A program made the translations under genes and the position numbers. A DNA stretch of 63,296 nt, filler included, from Octopus bimaculoides (lineage: Eukaryota): NCBI RefSeq assembly GCF_001194135.2. It is 3 parts of 3 records of this genome, joined end to end, with 100 filler letters (N's around TTAATTAATTAA, not from the genome) between each part and the next. Parts side by side here need not be neighbours in the genome. Positions count along the whole stretch, not along the records: positions 24,434 to 54,763 come from NC_068991.1; positions 54,864 to 63,296 come from NC_068987.1; 1 more part is not named here. One strand, given 5' to 3'. The notes under the pieces were generated by a model. It worked only from the letters and a program-made list of their open reading frames with translations, made no database searches and was not told the origin of the DNA. Position 1 is the first letter of the stretch. Each line of letters opens with the position of its first letter. Below are positions 48,461-60,875 of this stretch, piece by piece.

Positions 48461-51400
48461 CATTGGGGACATCTAATGCAAAGGTTAAAAAAAAAAGGAT
48501 TTAACAGACATAGGAACAAATTATATAAACTTGTTTGGAAACAGACTGGATGGAGCTCTAAACACAACACCAGCAGTCATCTATTTAACCACACACACAC
48601 AAACACTATATATATATATATNNNNNNNNNNNNNNNNNNNNNNNNNNNNNNNNNNNNNNNNNNNNNNNNNNNNNNNNNNNNNNNNNNNNNNNNNNNNNNN
48701 NNNNNNNNNNNNNNNNNNNNNNNNNNNNNNNNNNNNNNNNNNNNNNNNNNNNNNNNNNNNNNNNNNNNNNNNNNNNNNNNNNNNNNNNNNNNNNNNNNNN
48801 AAAAATTTGTTGCATTAAAAAAAAGAAGCCCCTTACATAATTTGTTTTCTCCAGTGTTGTAGTTCACAGGTTGTTGTTCAGCTCCAGATCAGCTTTAACT
48901 GAGAAATAAACTTAATCTATTTAAAATAGTCATGAGCAAACTGCAGCCCATAGGACTTGCTGAATGGCACACCAACAAAATAAAATTACTTTCAATTTTT
49001 TTTTTTTTTTTGGTAGTGTGGCCTACGTGATGATGAGTCATGTCTCATGCAGCCTGCTTCTCGTAAAAGGTAGCCCATGCCTAAGTTAAGAACGTCTGAG
49101 TCTTATGTTAACACAGTACATTGTTGCAAGCATTGAAGTCAGATCTCTCATCTATGGATAACTTCTTCCATTCCTCAAAGTCCTTGAAAAGGTTCGTAGT
49201 ACTGCTGTTCTTGCGCTGACTTATAATTGAAAGTGTTCTGTCCATAAGAATCCTATCTTTCTTTCAGACAGTATAGCTAGGACTACATTATCCAATATGT
49301 TCATTTGCACCATTTTTTCAGCTGATAGGGTATAATTTGAGGCAGAGTGATACAGAGGACTTTTTCATTGGTCTGTTTTGATATATGTCTGTAACATAGG
49401 TGCCATTTCTAGTTGGGACATTTTTTTCCCCTTACCTTTTTGACTTCTGGATATAGACAATATCTACAGAGATTATTGTCTATATCCAGCTGCAACTGGC
49501 TGGCTTGTTCTTATCCAACAGGAGCTAAGTTTATTTCCCTATGTGAAAAACTCATGATGTCTCAACAGTTTTTGAACTAGGAAAAAAAGTTCTTATATAG
49601 CATAATATCAAACAGAGGTGATGGATAAAAAGAAAACAAGTTTGATAAAAAAGTATTCTTGACATGAAAAATATTTCACAAGGATTGCCAAATTTCTCTT
49701 AGAAAATTGTTCTTTGTAGCAATGTTGGTAGAATTTTCTGAAGTCCTGAAGTCATACTGATAATGTACGAGCACTTGATGGAGATTGAGCTAATTTTTTT
49801 TTTTAATTAAAAAGATTTAAAGTATAGCCAACAAAAACCGTTTTATTAAAACAAATTTTACAGATGAAAAAAAAAACATGTTTTGAGGGAGTTTTTAAAA
49901 ATTTTTCTTCCTCCCCATAAAAGAAAGAATAATAACTTAAATCTGATTATTATTGAAGTTTTCAAATCTGTTTTCAATAAATTTTAAACTGCTCTCTGCC
50001 CTGACTGTTTTTGCCTTCCCCAAACTGATCTCTGCCCAGACCATCTTGCCTTGCCCAAAGCTAAGTTCAGATGAATGAGAAAGTGAGCTCGATAGGAACA
50101 TAGAGTTTTTTTTTTTTTTATTGTTCTAATCAACCAATCAATATAGATGAGTAGAAAGCCTAAAGCTAATGTTTCCTTGCGTAGAGAAAAGACTGCTGCT
50201 TCTACTTACTGGCATTAATCATTGAAATGAAGAAAATCCATAAAGGCACTTGATGACCATGGGGGAGGAGAAGTTCACTCTCTATTTAGAATTTCAACCA
50301 AATCCTATAAACAAGCTATATACATCCACTCTTATATTATTTGGCTTTGAAATAAAGACTGGCGTGCCAATAAATAGCAAGCTTTATTTATTTTTATATT
50401 TTTATTTTATTTATTTTTTGTCAATTGCAAAGCTTATTTAGAATTTCTTGTTTGAGAAAGTCAAACACACATGTACACACAGATACACAACACATGAATA
50501 AATGTTTACGTGTGTTGATTTCAATACTTGTACACATACACATACTTGCATGCATACATACACACCAATGATCACAGGGAGATTAAAAGTCTTGGCTTTT
50601 TAATAGCTACATCATGATTCTATATAATAACCAATACTGATGGTAGACTACAGCAGAAAATATAAATGTATGTCTCTCTCTAAACAGTCACACTGCCCAA
50701 ACTGACATCATACTGATACCTAAGAGGTTAAAAGTGATAAAATGGTTTTCAAAATCAGAGACTGAAACAAAGGGATGCAAGTGTGAGGACAAGGGAAAGA
50801 GAGAGTGGATAGTGTTTAAAGCTGATTTAATAAAAACCAAGACATCAAGAAACTTGAAGGCATTCAGATATCTGAGCCAGGTCGTAGAAACAATGCATAT
50901 TCAATAACAGCCAAATTTTTTCTTCCTTTTTTTTTTTTTTTTTTAGAAACAACTGATATATAAACAAGAACCATGACTGGAATCAAAGATATGATATTAA
51001 CCCTATTAACACCAATCCACTTGAGACCATCCATACTAAAATAACCATATTAAAACTGAAATCTCAATCCAAGTCTTATAATTTGAACATCAGGAGATTT
51101 GAGTTGGTCAACATTAGCATAACATATAACAATATATAATGTTGCCGAGGTTACTTAAACTCCTCCAAAATTTTGATTATACTGAAAATCAGATTGAAAC
51201 ACAAGTGGTCTGTTCATTAAAATGAAAGAGTTATCAGAAAGAAAGGATATTTATAAAAGCAAGAAGAAAATCAATCAACATAATTATTCTTTCGAATGCT
51301 TTTTATCAGTTCTCACTAGGCACAAAAGCCCTATATTTTAGGGATGGTTAGACGACAAGTTGTGATGTCTAAGTCTTCAATTAAGAATCAAAACCAAACT

Positions 51401-54400
51401 AGGTTTGCAGACTAAGTTTACTGGAAATTTACCTCTTTACTTTAAGGGGTTTGTCACTTGATTTCTTTTAACTGTACGCAAGGACAATTTTTGTAGAGCA
51501 AGGGACTTGGTCAACTGAATTGAGGCAAAAGTGACCATAGGTGGAATATAAAGCCAGAACAGTGACACACAATATTAAAGAAAGCTTGTTGTTCTTGTTA
51601 GTCTGGACAATTTCCACTGTTGAGGGGTATGGAGTTTGGTGAACTGCATGGTGACATCACTAGTGCTGGTAGAACAACAAAAACACCAGTACATGCTGTA
51701 AAGTGGTTGGTACTAGGAAGGGCATCAAGCCATAGAAACTAGGCCAAAGCAGACACTGGAGCACAATACAGTCCTTAGACCTATTGGATCCTATCAAACT
51801 ATCAAACACATGAATTTCTAATGATGATGAAAAAGGAGAAATATGTTAATTTCAACACTCAGTATTTTATAAAGAAAGGAAAAGAATAACTGTGACAGGC
51901 ATAAGAATGAAACAGTTCCAACCAGGAATCAAGACTTGATCATAAATTTGATTTCACAATAAACATACAACAACATGATCACCATCATCATTTAATTCAA
52001 CAGATTTTCCTTTTTCAAGCTGACATGGTGTTACAACATTGAATGTACTGCAGTGAGGCAATAGTGTATAGTGTCATTCTGGAAGAGTAGATGTGTTCTT
52101 AATTGTCACATGCATTGTCTAATACTAACCATAGCCAACAGAGTGTCCTGTAAACACATTCGAATGTTGTGACACCACTGTTTAAGATCATATCTTTGTA
52201 TAGTGTATCAAAGAAGCAAGCAAATCAGACTAAAGAATGCAACTTATTCTCTCTCTCTTTCTTGAATCTATAATCATAAGACAGTTTGAACTCAGTATTT
52301 TTTTGTGCTCCTGCTGTTTGTAGAAGTAAGCTGTACCACCTCAAGTCACACATTTATGGCTAGGTTCCTTGAATATTAAGAGATGAATATGTTTGCCATA
52401 AACAACGTAGAGTGATATCACAACAAAAATGGGATGGTCTTTATCCAAACGCTTTTATTCATAGGTCTGCTCATTCTGATTGAACCTGGAGTTAAATAAC
52501 AATGACTATTATCTCTTCTTTCAACAAGTATTTTAACATTCTATTGACTCAGTTCAATGTAATTCATAATAACTATGACCTAAATCTATAATATCTAATC
52601 TGTTGAAGATTCAGTTTCAATAGAATAATAAAGATATATTAATAGCAAAAGACTACATGGACATGTAAGGTAAGAAGTATAGTCAACTGAGTCAAGCGAC
52701 TATATAACTTAGTTGGATCTGGAGGGAAGAAAGGAAAAGTTGAACCCCGCCCTATGAGATTTGTACTCAAAATGTAGGGGGATGAGACTAAATACAGCAA
52801 GGCGTTTAGTCCAGCACTCTACCATTTCTGCCTCTCTACTACTTTTTTATGCCATTAAAAATATAATTTAGAGACAATTCTGATCCATAACATACATTCT
52901 GTGGGAAACACAACATTCCTATACATTTTCCAATGTATAAGAAGCTGATGTGATGTAAGCCTTGATTAATGAATTTTTCATTTATCATTTTTAAAGTGAA
53001 ACACACCATTTCTTTTGTCATTCAGCACTGGCATTATTATTTTTGTCAAACCCAAGGCATATTTTTTTTTCAAAATTACATGCCACCTATATTTGTGGGA
53101 TAAGTTATTGCTTGAAGTAGTTTAAGTTTGTTGTAAACTGACAAAAACAAAAGCCAACATAACTAACATTCAAGAAAACCCAAGTACAACATTTTTTTTT
53201 TTTTTCTCCAATTCTTAAAAATGAACCAACAATGGATTAGGAATATTTGGGGTCGCAGTAAAACAAGAAATATTCATGTCCATGCATTGCAATTTAGTAA
53301 TGATACAATGAGTATGACTTGAAGAATGACTACGAAAAAAAATACAGAAAAACACTGTGTATTTCCATAATTAAAAAAAGAAATGAGGCAATTTAAAGAC
53401 TCAATTTCAACTAGTTACATTTAAAATTTTTTTAAGAAAATTAAAAAAAAAAAAAATTATATAAAGAACGTTTGTAAATCCCTCCTAAATATGAAGTATA
53501 GAGTAAATATTCTTTGTCTTGTAATATTAATGTAATAGTTACCTGACTATAAATCAAGAAACAATAAAAAATATCCATGTCACATTCAGTGGATCATTAA
53601 CAAATTGCCTTTCTGAAACAAATCTCAACATTCATCAGTTATTCTCATATTTCATCATCTTTACAGAATACACATACAGGATCATGTGTACATACTAAAC
53701 ATATGCTAAGGTAGTTCAATACACAGTATACATAACATTAAGGAAGCCTTTTCTGTTTACTTTACAGAGTGATAAAGAGTTCTGTTAAAACAGATTTATA
53801 AAATATACTGCAAACTATAGTTTTCAATATAGTTCACAAAGTAAATACCATATAAGTATAATGCTTGGGTTAGTTATGCAAGGAAGAGGCATTCCAGAAC
53901 AATTTACAGAACAGTAAGGAGCTGTTTCAAAATAGTTTGCAATGTTATAAAGGAGCCATATCACTTCAGTTTATAGAGCAATATGGCATTTTTTAGTATA
54001 GTAATAATAAGGGGCAGTTTTCTTTTGAAAATATTCAGATATTTTTATAGACAAAATTGAAACATGGTTAAGCGAGACAAATTAAAAAGAATAAAAGCTA
54101 TGAGAGCCCATGGTCAGGTTAGGGTTAAAACAAAGGTAAGAGTTACAGATAAATAACCCTTTACTTCAACAACTGACCTTCTAAGAACAAACCTTAAAAA
54201 CTCACAATAAGATTAGACTTAATTGTTCAAAAATTTTAGCAACTATGTGTAAAATATTGATATTAATTATCATTTTTCATTAGAATTATTAATTATTTCC
54301 AATAATATAGCAAACAGAATTAAATTAAACATGAAGCCGCTAAACCAAGAGTATCTCTATATAACATTAAAGCATAAAGTTCCGAAAACCTAGCAAAAAA

Positions 54401-54436
54401 TAAAACAACAGCTTCTGATATAAGGCTCAAGGCAGT

Positions 54437-54622
54437 GCTACTTTAGTGTGTAGTCTACCGCAATATCCATAGTCTACATAGTAAAATGAACTGATCTAGG
54501 TCAGGGTTTAGGGTTAGGTTAGGGTTTAAGATTAGGGTTATGGTTCAGGTTAGGTTTTTAGTTAGGGTTAGACTGCATGCTTTAGTGTAAATGGCCAGGT
54601 AAACTGCACACTAAAGTGATAG
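54437..54622. repeat. MITE-like element enclosing degenerate TTAGGG repeats
   Basis: Inverted pair ctttagtgtgtagtctacc / ggtaaactgcacactaaag around ggtttagggttaggttagggtt...gttagggttag. Confidence 0.6.
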
Positions 54623-54763
54623 CCAGAAGGCTTTATCAAAAAGAGGAAGAAAATGATATGCTTGAAGTTAATAGGTATTAGTGAAATAGCTAAAGTTGGG
54701 AATCAAAACTGGGCTGTAGATTAGACTCAGTTCAACTCAGCATGCCTTGCACTCAACAGCTCT

Positions 54764-54863
54764 NNNNNNNNNNNNNNNNNNNNNNNNNNNNNNNNNNNNN
54801 NNNNNNNTTAATTAATTAANNNNNNNNNNNNNNNNNNNNNNNNNNNNNNNNNNNNNNNNNNNN
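54764..54863. other. Assembly spacer 44N-TTAATTAATTAA-44N (100 bp)
   Basis: Identical to 24334-24433. Plain N-gaps also occur at 2350-3170, 6342-6777, 8294-8899, 18853-19515, 48622-48800 and 61675-62297. Confidence 0.9.
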
Positions 54864-56565
54864 ATATATATATATATACCTGAAATATAGATACAAAAAA
54901 AATTGTCAATAAAATATAAAATGGAAATGTGGAACTGAACATTTACGAACAAGATATTATTCTATATTTTGTTATCAATACTCCACCACCATAAATTGTA
55001 AACTATGAAGAACTATTGATTCTATGAGGATTTGCCATATTGTTGGTATTGTTTCTTGACACTACTGTGTCTTAAATTCATTCAATCGTATATCCATAGA
55101 CTAAGATTGGTAATTGTTTTTCCGAATATCAATACGGTAACATATTTACGATGATGATCTGGAAATATATAAACGCAGTGAACAGTGTCGAAATTGTAAG
55201 TACTTACTGAGGTAACATAACAGTGAAAAGTATGTAATTTAACTCAATGAATAATGATATAGACTTTTTTAAACATTTTTACGGAGTAACGTTATATCAT
55301 ATCAAATTAATTCAATAAATATAAAAACAAAGTTGTAAATATTTCAATTTTTAATTTGTTATATAACTTAAATGTCTGCAATTATGAATTAGTCTTGACT
55401 AACTTACGTTACCAATCGTTTCAAGCCGTTTTTTCTTTCATTCTTCCTTTTTTTTTCTTTTTTTACAGTTATCATAGATATTGTTACAATTAGTTTTTTA
55501 ATACGTGAGATTGAAAATATCGCGTTATCAATTTAAATGGTTAAATTTGTAAAAAAAATTTAATTATTTTAATTAAAAACTGTTGAAAACATAGATAACA
55601 ATACTGAAGTAATAGTTCCTGCAGAAACAGGATGCAGTAACACGAATCAGAAAGTAGGTGAAGAATCCTACGCAAAAGACAAAAATGTAAAACGAATCTT
55701 GGTTGAAACGTAGATTTATTTTCATCCTTAAGCATGACGGGCACCGCCCAGTCTACTTAATTTCTAGCAAATATTTGGTGAATGGATGTATGAAGCCTGC
55801 TATATTGAAAGGATATTTCGATACTATACAAGCTTCCTATTGCAAGCAAATTATTATCGTTTTTTTTTTTATGTTTGTTTGTTTGGGTTTTTTTTAAGCA
55901 TTGACATCTTCGAAAGTACAAAAACAATCTTTTGAAAAACAAACACCGATTCAGGAGAAATATTTCAGTGAAAAATACAAAGCCTCATACCTAATTAGTA
56001 AAGTTAACAACCATACACGACTAGCGAAGATCTGTGTTGCTTGTGGCAAGTAGAATCACGAAAATTAGTCATGGAAAACCTGCGAATGAAATTAGACTTA
56101 ATCCGCTATCGAATGAGACTGCATGTAAAAGAATTGCAGAAGTTAACAAAGAACAATTTATGCAACTTATTGAAGGCATTTAAAAAACTACAAAATTTGC
56201 GATTCACTCGGACGAATCACCGACATTGTAAATAAGATTCGGCAAGTGGAATTTATCAGATATTTGTATGATAGATAACATTATGTATGAGGGCTTACTG
56301 TTTGACTAGCCATTACATGAACATGTTATAGATGGTGTTTTTCTCTGAGTGGACCTTTTTTTTTTTAGAGAAACATACGTCAGGAGTGTATATACCTATC
56401 AAGCAACAGCAAAGACAGGGGAAAACGTAGGATTTCAAGCTTATATATAATATTTTCAAGCAATGTACCTATAACGTTCATTGCCTGATTCATCAAGAAA
56501 TATTACGACTAACATAAACTTATGGAAATATGCAGTACAAAATAAAACTCAAGATGTTTTCATGT

Positions 56566-57204
56566 AGGCGCAGGAGTGGCTGTGTGGTAAGTAGCTTGCT
56601 TATCAATCACATGGTTCCAGCTTAAGTCCCACTGAGTGGAACCTTGGGCAAGTGTCTTCTACTATAGCCTCGTGCCTACCAAAGCCTTGTGAGTGGATTT
56701 GGTAGACAGAAACTAAAAGAAGCCCATCGTATATATATATGTATATATGTTTGTGTGTCTGTGTTTGTCCCCCCAACATCGCTTGATAACCGATGCTGGT
56801 GTGTTTACGTTCCCGTAACTTTGCGGTTCGGCAAAAGAGACCGATAGAATAAGTACTAGGCTTACAAAGAATAAGTCCTGGGGTCGATTTTTTTTCTATA
56901 TTGCCCAAAGGGGGCTAAATATAGAGGGGACAAACAAGGACAGACAAACGGATTAAGTCGATTACATCGACCCCAGTGATTAACTGATACTTATTTAATC
57001 GACCCCGAAAGGATGAAAGGCAAAGTCGACCTCGGCGGAACTTGAACTCAGAATGTAACGGCAGACGAAATACCGCTAAGCATTTCGCCCGGTATGCTAA
57101 CGTTTCTGCCAGCTCGCCGCATGGGGTCGATTTGCTCGACAAAAAGCGGTGCTCCAGTATGGCCGCAGTCAAATGACTGAAACAAATAAAAGAATAAAAG
57201 AATA
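56566..57204 (+). mobile_element. tRNA-derived SINE (family B) interrupted by a family A SINE
   Basis: Head aggcgcaggagtggctgtgtggtaagtagcttgc, body accttgggcaagtgtcttctactatagcc, tail aataaaagaataaaagaata. Related pieces at about 24075-24240, 25000-25340, 43000-43090 and 62830-63010. Confidence 0.8.
56891..57120 (-). mobile_element. tRNA-derived SINE (family A), well-preserved copy
   Basis: Minus strand has A-box-like GGCAGAAACGTTAGC, B-box-like GAGTTCAAGTTCC and an A-rich tail, flanked by a 12-bp duplication tggggtcgattt. Other copies at about 13385-13600, 14350-14490, 22330-22500, 38810-38990, 47010-48460, 59090-59530 and 61570-61670. Confidence 0.85.
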
Positions 57205-57883
57205 CTGATGATTTTGTTTGTAATTATAAGTTGACTTTAAATTCAATTGCAGATCGTAAGCATTTAGGTTTTCGGTTTTATTTATATTTTATTTTGGTTA
57301 GGTTCAGTTCGGTTTGGTTTAGTTTAGTTTGGTTTGGTTTGGTTCGGCTTGGTTTTAGTGGAGCGATTTTCTTGATGAGTTCAATTTTGTTCAAGTTTTC
57401 TACATTGATGTAGTTTTGTATGATAATTATAAAATTACATTCATTTTTGGCAGAAATTAATAATAAAAAAAGTTACATAACTTTAAGGTTTGAAATATTT
57501 TTCCAATTTCATGCTTCAACCAGTTCAAGTCCTGGTTTACTCGCTGCTGCGGAAACAGACAGCAGGTGTGATTTCTGCTATGTCGATAATGGAGGCTTCC
57601 GATTGGCTAAAATTATCGAAAAACATTTCAAAAGTTTAAATTTTAAGGCTTATAAACTCCTATTGATATCTTATGTCGGATCCGTACCAACTGGATAATA
57701 CAAGTCTGTATTGTCTGAGATGAGGAATTTTTATATTATATAATAGTTGGAGTGATATTCTCATCTTGGTTGTTACTTTCATTACATTTTGGCTGTGTAC
57801 GATTCAGCCTTCTTCAGGTGCAGTGCAGTCACCTAGGCGTTCTGAGTTCAATCCCAGTCAAGGTATTAAGGTGAATCACAAGA

Positions 57884-57925
57884 CACCTGAAGAAGCCTGG
57901 AGTGTACAACAGCCGAAACGTAGTG
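57884..57925 (+). ncRNA. Minimal type I hammerhead ribozyme-like motif (PLE-associated type)
   Basis: CAC-CTGAAGA-A-GCCTG-GAGTGTACAA-CAGCC-GAAAC-GTA-GTG: intact core, helix II with one C-C mismatch, palindromic ACGU helix III, helix I CAC/GTG. Confidence 0.55.
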
Positions 57926-58845
57926 AAAGCAACAATCAAGATGAGGACACCATTCCGACTAATATTAATACATAATAATGATAATAAAAAAATAGTCCTC
58001 ATCTTAGAAAATACAGAATTGTGTAAATTTTCATCATTAATTTCTGCAAAACAAAAAAACTGAATGCGATTTTTGTAATTAGTATGCAAAATTATAACAG
58101 TGTAGAAAATTTGAATGAAATCAGAAAAAGCGAACAATAGAATGCATAGCAAAATAAACGTTAGCACAAATATTTTCGGCTTGACGTAGACAATTGTAGT
58201 AATTATGAAACAAGTGAAACAGCTTTCTTTAATTGCTCAAAAAGAATTTACACAGTTGTCATACGATAAAAGTCTTACAAACACGAATTTTGAAAAATAA
58301 ACGTAGGCTTTTTTTTTTTTATTGTTGAATGCGAAATATAAATATTCAGTATTATTTGAAAAACAATTGTGGTTCTTCTATTTACAAAGCTGCATTTTTT
58401 TCATCCCTAAAGACAAAATACAGTTCAAGTTAGAAATTTCCTCATGAACATTACAGACAACTGTCAAGCTATAGTTTAATGTTTTGTGCTGAAACAAACA
58501 TGGACAACCATCCAACTGAAGATATTCGTAGAATATAAATATACAAAATGGGATGGGCACGGGTTTTTGATCACTGATCTGCTTGATCAGCACCAACTTG
58601 GAACTCAACAAAACAACAGTACCACCACCACTTCCAGTACGCCGCCGCCACCACCACTAGTACGCCGCTGCCACTACCACCATAGCGACGACGACGATGC
58701 CACCACCACCAACAACAACACTAACATCAACACCACTAACAACAGCAAGAATCAAATATCTCAACCATCCTTATTCGGTGTCCTAATCCCGGCGAGATCA
58801 GTCTTGTCTTTCATCCACCGGATGTTGATAAATAAAGACAAGTAT

Positions 58846-58884
<39 letters not shown>

Positions 58885-59604
58885 AACCGACTACGTTGCG
58901 CGGTATGAGGTGTCGTTGGGGCGCATTCACAGCGCTTCTTCCTTCAGAAACGAAGATGGCTTAAACGAGAGATAAGCAACGTCTAATAGAAACAAAAAAC
59001 TATATATATATATTACTGGATCTGTCTAAGAAAAAGCAGATATCCAGTTTAACACAGAGGAGAAATAAAGAGGAGAACCATTGTTATTGATTTCTAATTT
59101 TTGCCGCAAGGTCAGCAATTTCAGGGAGCGGTTAGTCAATGACATCGACTCCTAAGCTCAACTGATACATTTTTTATCGATCTCGAAAGGATGAAAGGCA
59201 AAGTCGACAGAATTTGAACTCAAAAAGTTAAGACAGACGAAATAGCGCTTAGCATTCTGCTTGGTGCGTTAACTAACGGTTCTGCCAGCTAGCCGCCGCA
59301 TTATTAGAGCCATTATTCGACTTGATATTTTCATATTTTGGCACAAGGTCAGAAAGTTTGGATGAAATAGTAAGTCGATTACATCAGCTCCGATGCTTAA
59401 TTGGTACTTATTTTATCGATCCCGAAAGGTTGAAATGTAAAGTTAACCTCAGCGAAATTTGAGCTCAGTACGTAAAGTCAGACGAAATACTGCTATGTAT
59501 TTGGCCCGGTGTCTTATCGATTTTGCCATCATTTCGGAGTCTAATAACATAGCCAATTCTCGCTCAAATGATCTCAAATTTTAGCAAAACATTTAAAAAC
59601 TAAG

Positions 59605-60060
59605 TTTGGATCGGGCATGACAGTGATAATGACAATGTGGTGCTGAAATGGCCACCACGTTCACCTGACTTGACACCTAGTGGGGGTTTTTTTATCTTTT
59701 AGGGCTACGTGAAAGGACTGGTCTATATCCCACCACCTCCTACAAGCTTAGGGGAACTCAAGCAGAAAATCACTGAGAGTCTGAAGAATGTTACGCAAAA
59801 CATGCTACAGCGTGTTTGGCAGGAGCTGGACGACCGACTTGACGTATGTCGTGTCACAACCAGTGCGCATATTCAACATTTGTGAAGCTTTGTGAAATCG
59901 ATTGTAAAATCTACAGCTTTCTGAATCTCTTGTCCGAATTTTGTTAAATAATTCTTTTATTGTTCAGCATAAAGCCTATTTAATTTCGTTTGCCTCGGAC
60001 ATGTCGTTCCTCAGATATTTACTTTTCAAATTATATCAATTTTTGAGGGGACACTCTGTA
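59605..60060 (+). mobile_element. Tc1/mariner-superfamily (rosa/DD41D- or maT-like) transposase 3' end with TIR
   Basis: WPPRSPDLTP...GYVKGLVY...LKQKI...MLQRVWQELDDRLDVCRVTTSAHIQHL*; terminus ggggacactctgta resembles a TACAGGGTGTCC-type TIR. Confidence 0.8.
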
Positions 60061-60703
60061 TTTTGAAATGATAGAAATAAGTAAATATTGACTTTAAAAA
60101 ATAGTTTGGCTTGAAAAGTCAAAAGTGACTCTGGGGACTTGAATCCATATCGCCAGTATGCAACGAAAGTGGACCGAAACAAGACTTCGAATTTCTCTCT
60201 CGATTTTAGAAACTTCATTCTTACCAACGAGAACTGTATGTTGTTGACGTCATAGGAATTTATAAACTTCAAGACGTGAAATACTTCTTTTTTGGAATGA
60301 TGGATATTGAATTAGTAAAAGCTACAAATAATAGTTATAAATAGTTATGAATAGTTATAATAGCTATAAATAAGAATATTCTTTCCAGCGAGAACTGCAT
60401 GTAGTTTGTCATGAGAATTTATAAACTTCAAGTGTACTTGAAATAACTCTTTTGTGGATTTCGAAGCAGAAAAACTAACGCCAACATTTTTTTTTTTTTT
60501 CTAATTGGAACAAAGTTTTGTGTAGTCTGGTATCTACAATGTTTCATATTTTCTCAGTTCTAGAATAATTTGTGAGATGTTCTACAACGTTAAAAGCCCG
60601 TCAATGAAGCTCACAAAATATTTGAATAAAAGCCCTTCACACTATTGTGAATAGCGAATTTCAATGTTTAGAGGAACAACGTACTGAGGAGAAAATTTTG
60701 ATA

Positions 60704-60875
60704 TGGTGGTGGTGGTCGTGGTGGTGGTCGTGGTGGTGGTCGTGGTGGTGGTCGTGGTCATCGTCGTCGCCGTCGTCGTAGTCTTTGTCGTTCTCGTTGT
60801 TGCCACTGCCATCGCTGTTATCGTTGTTGTTGTCATTGTCATCGTTGTAGTTGTTGCCGTCATTGTTATTGTCGT
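60704..60875. repeat. (TGG/TCG/TTG)n cryptic trinucleotide repeat
   Basis: Directly visible; explains the poly-Thr ORF 60642-60863. Confidence 0.9.

Noticed and set aside
49110-49270. Minus-strand open stretch KDRILMDRTLSIISQRK...EEWKKLSIDE
   Set aside because: No convincing splice sites or recognisable homology, and it could not be chained to other candidates
55580-55705. Plus-strand peptide-like stretch (IDNNTEVIVPAETG...ILVET*)
   Set aside because: Short, with no start codon or good acceptor
57420-57698. ORF in a unique CpG-containing segment
   Set aside because: No frame on either strand gives a recognisable protein or consistent splice signals
60642-60863. Poly-Thr/mucin-like ORF (also the Pro/Ala-rich ORF at 62298-62400)
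   Set aside because: Translation of trinucleotide microsatellites
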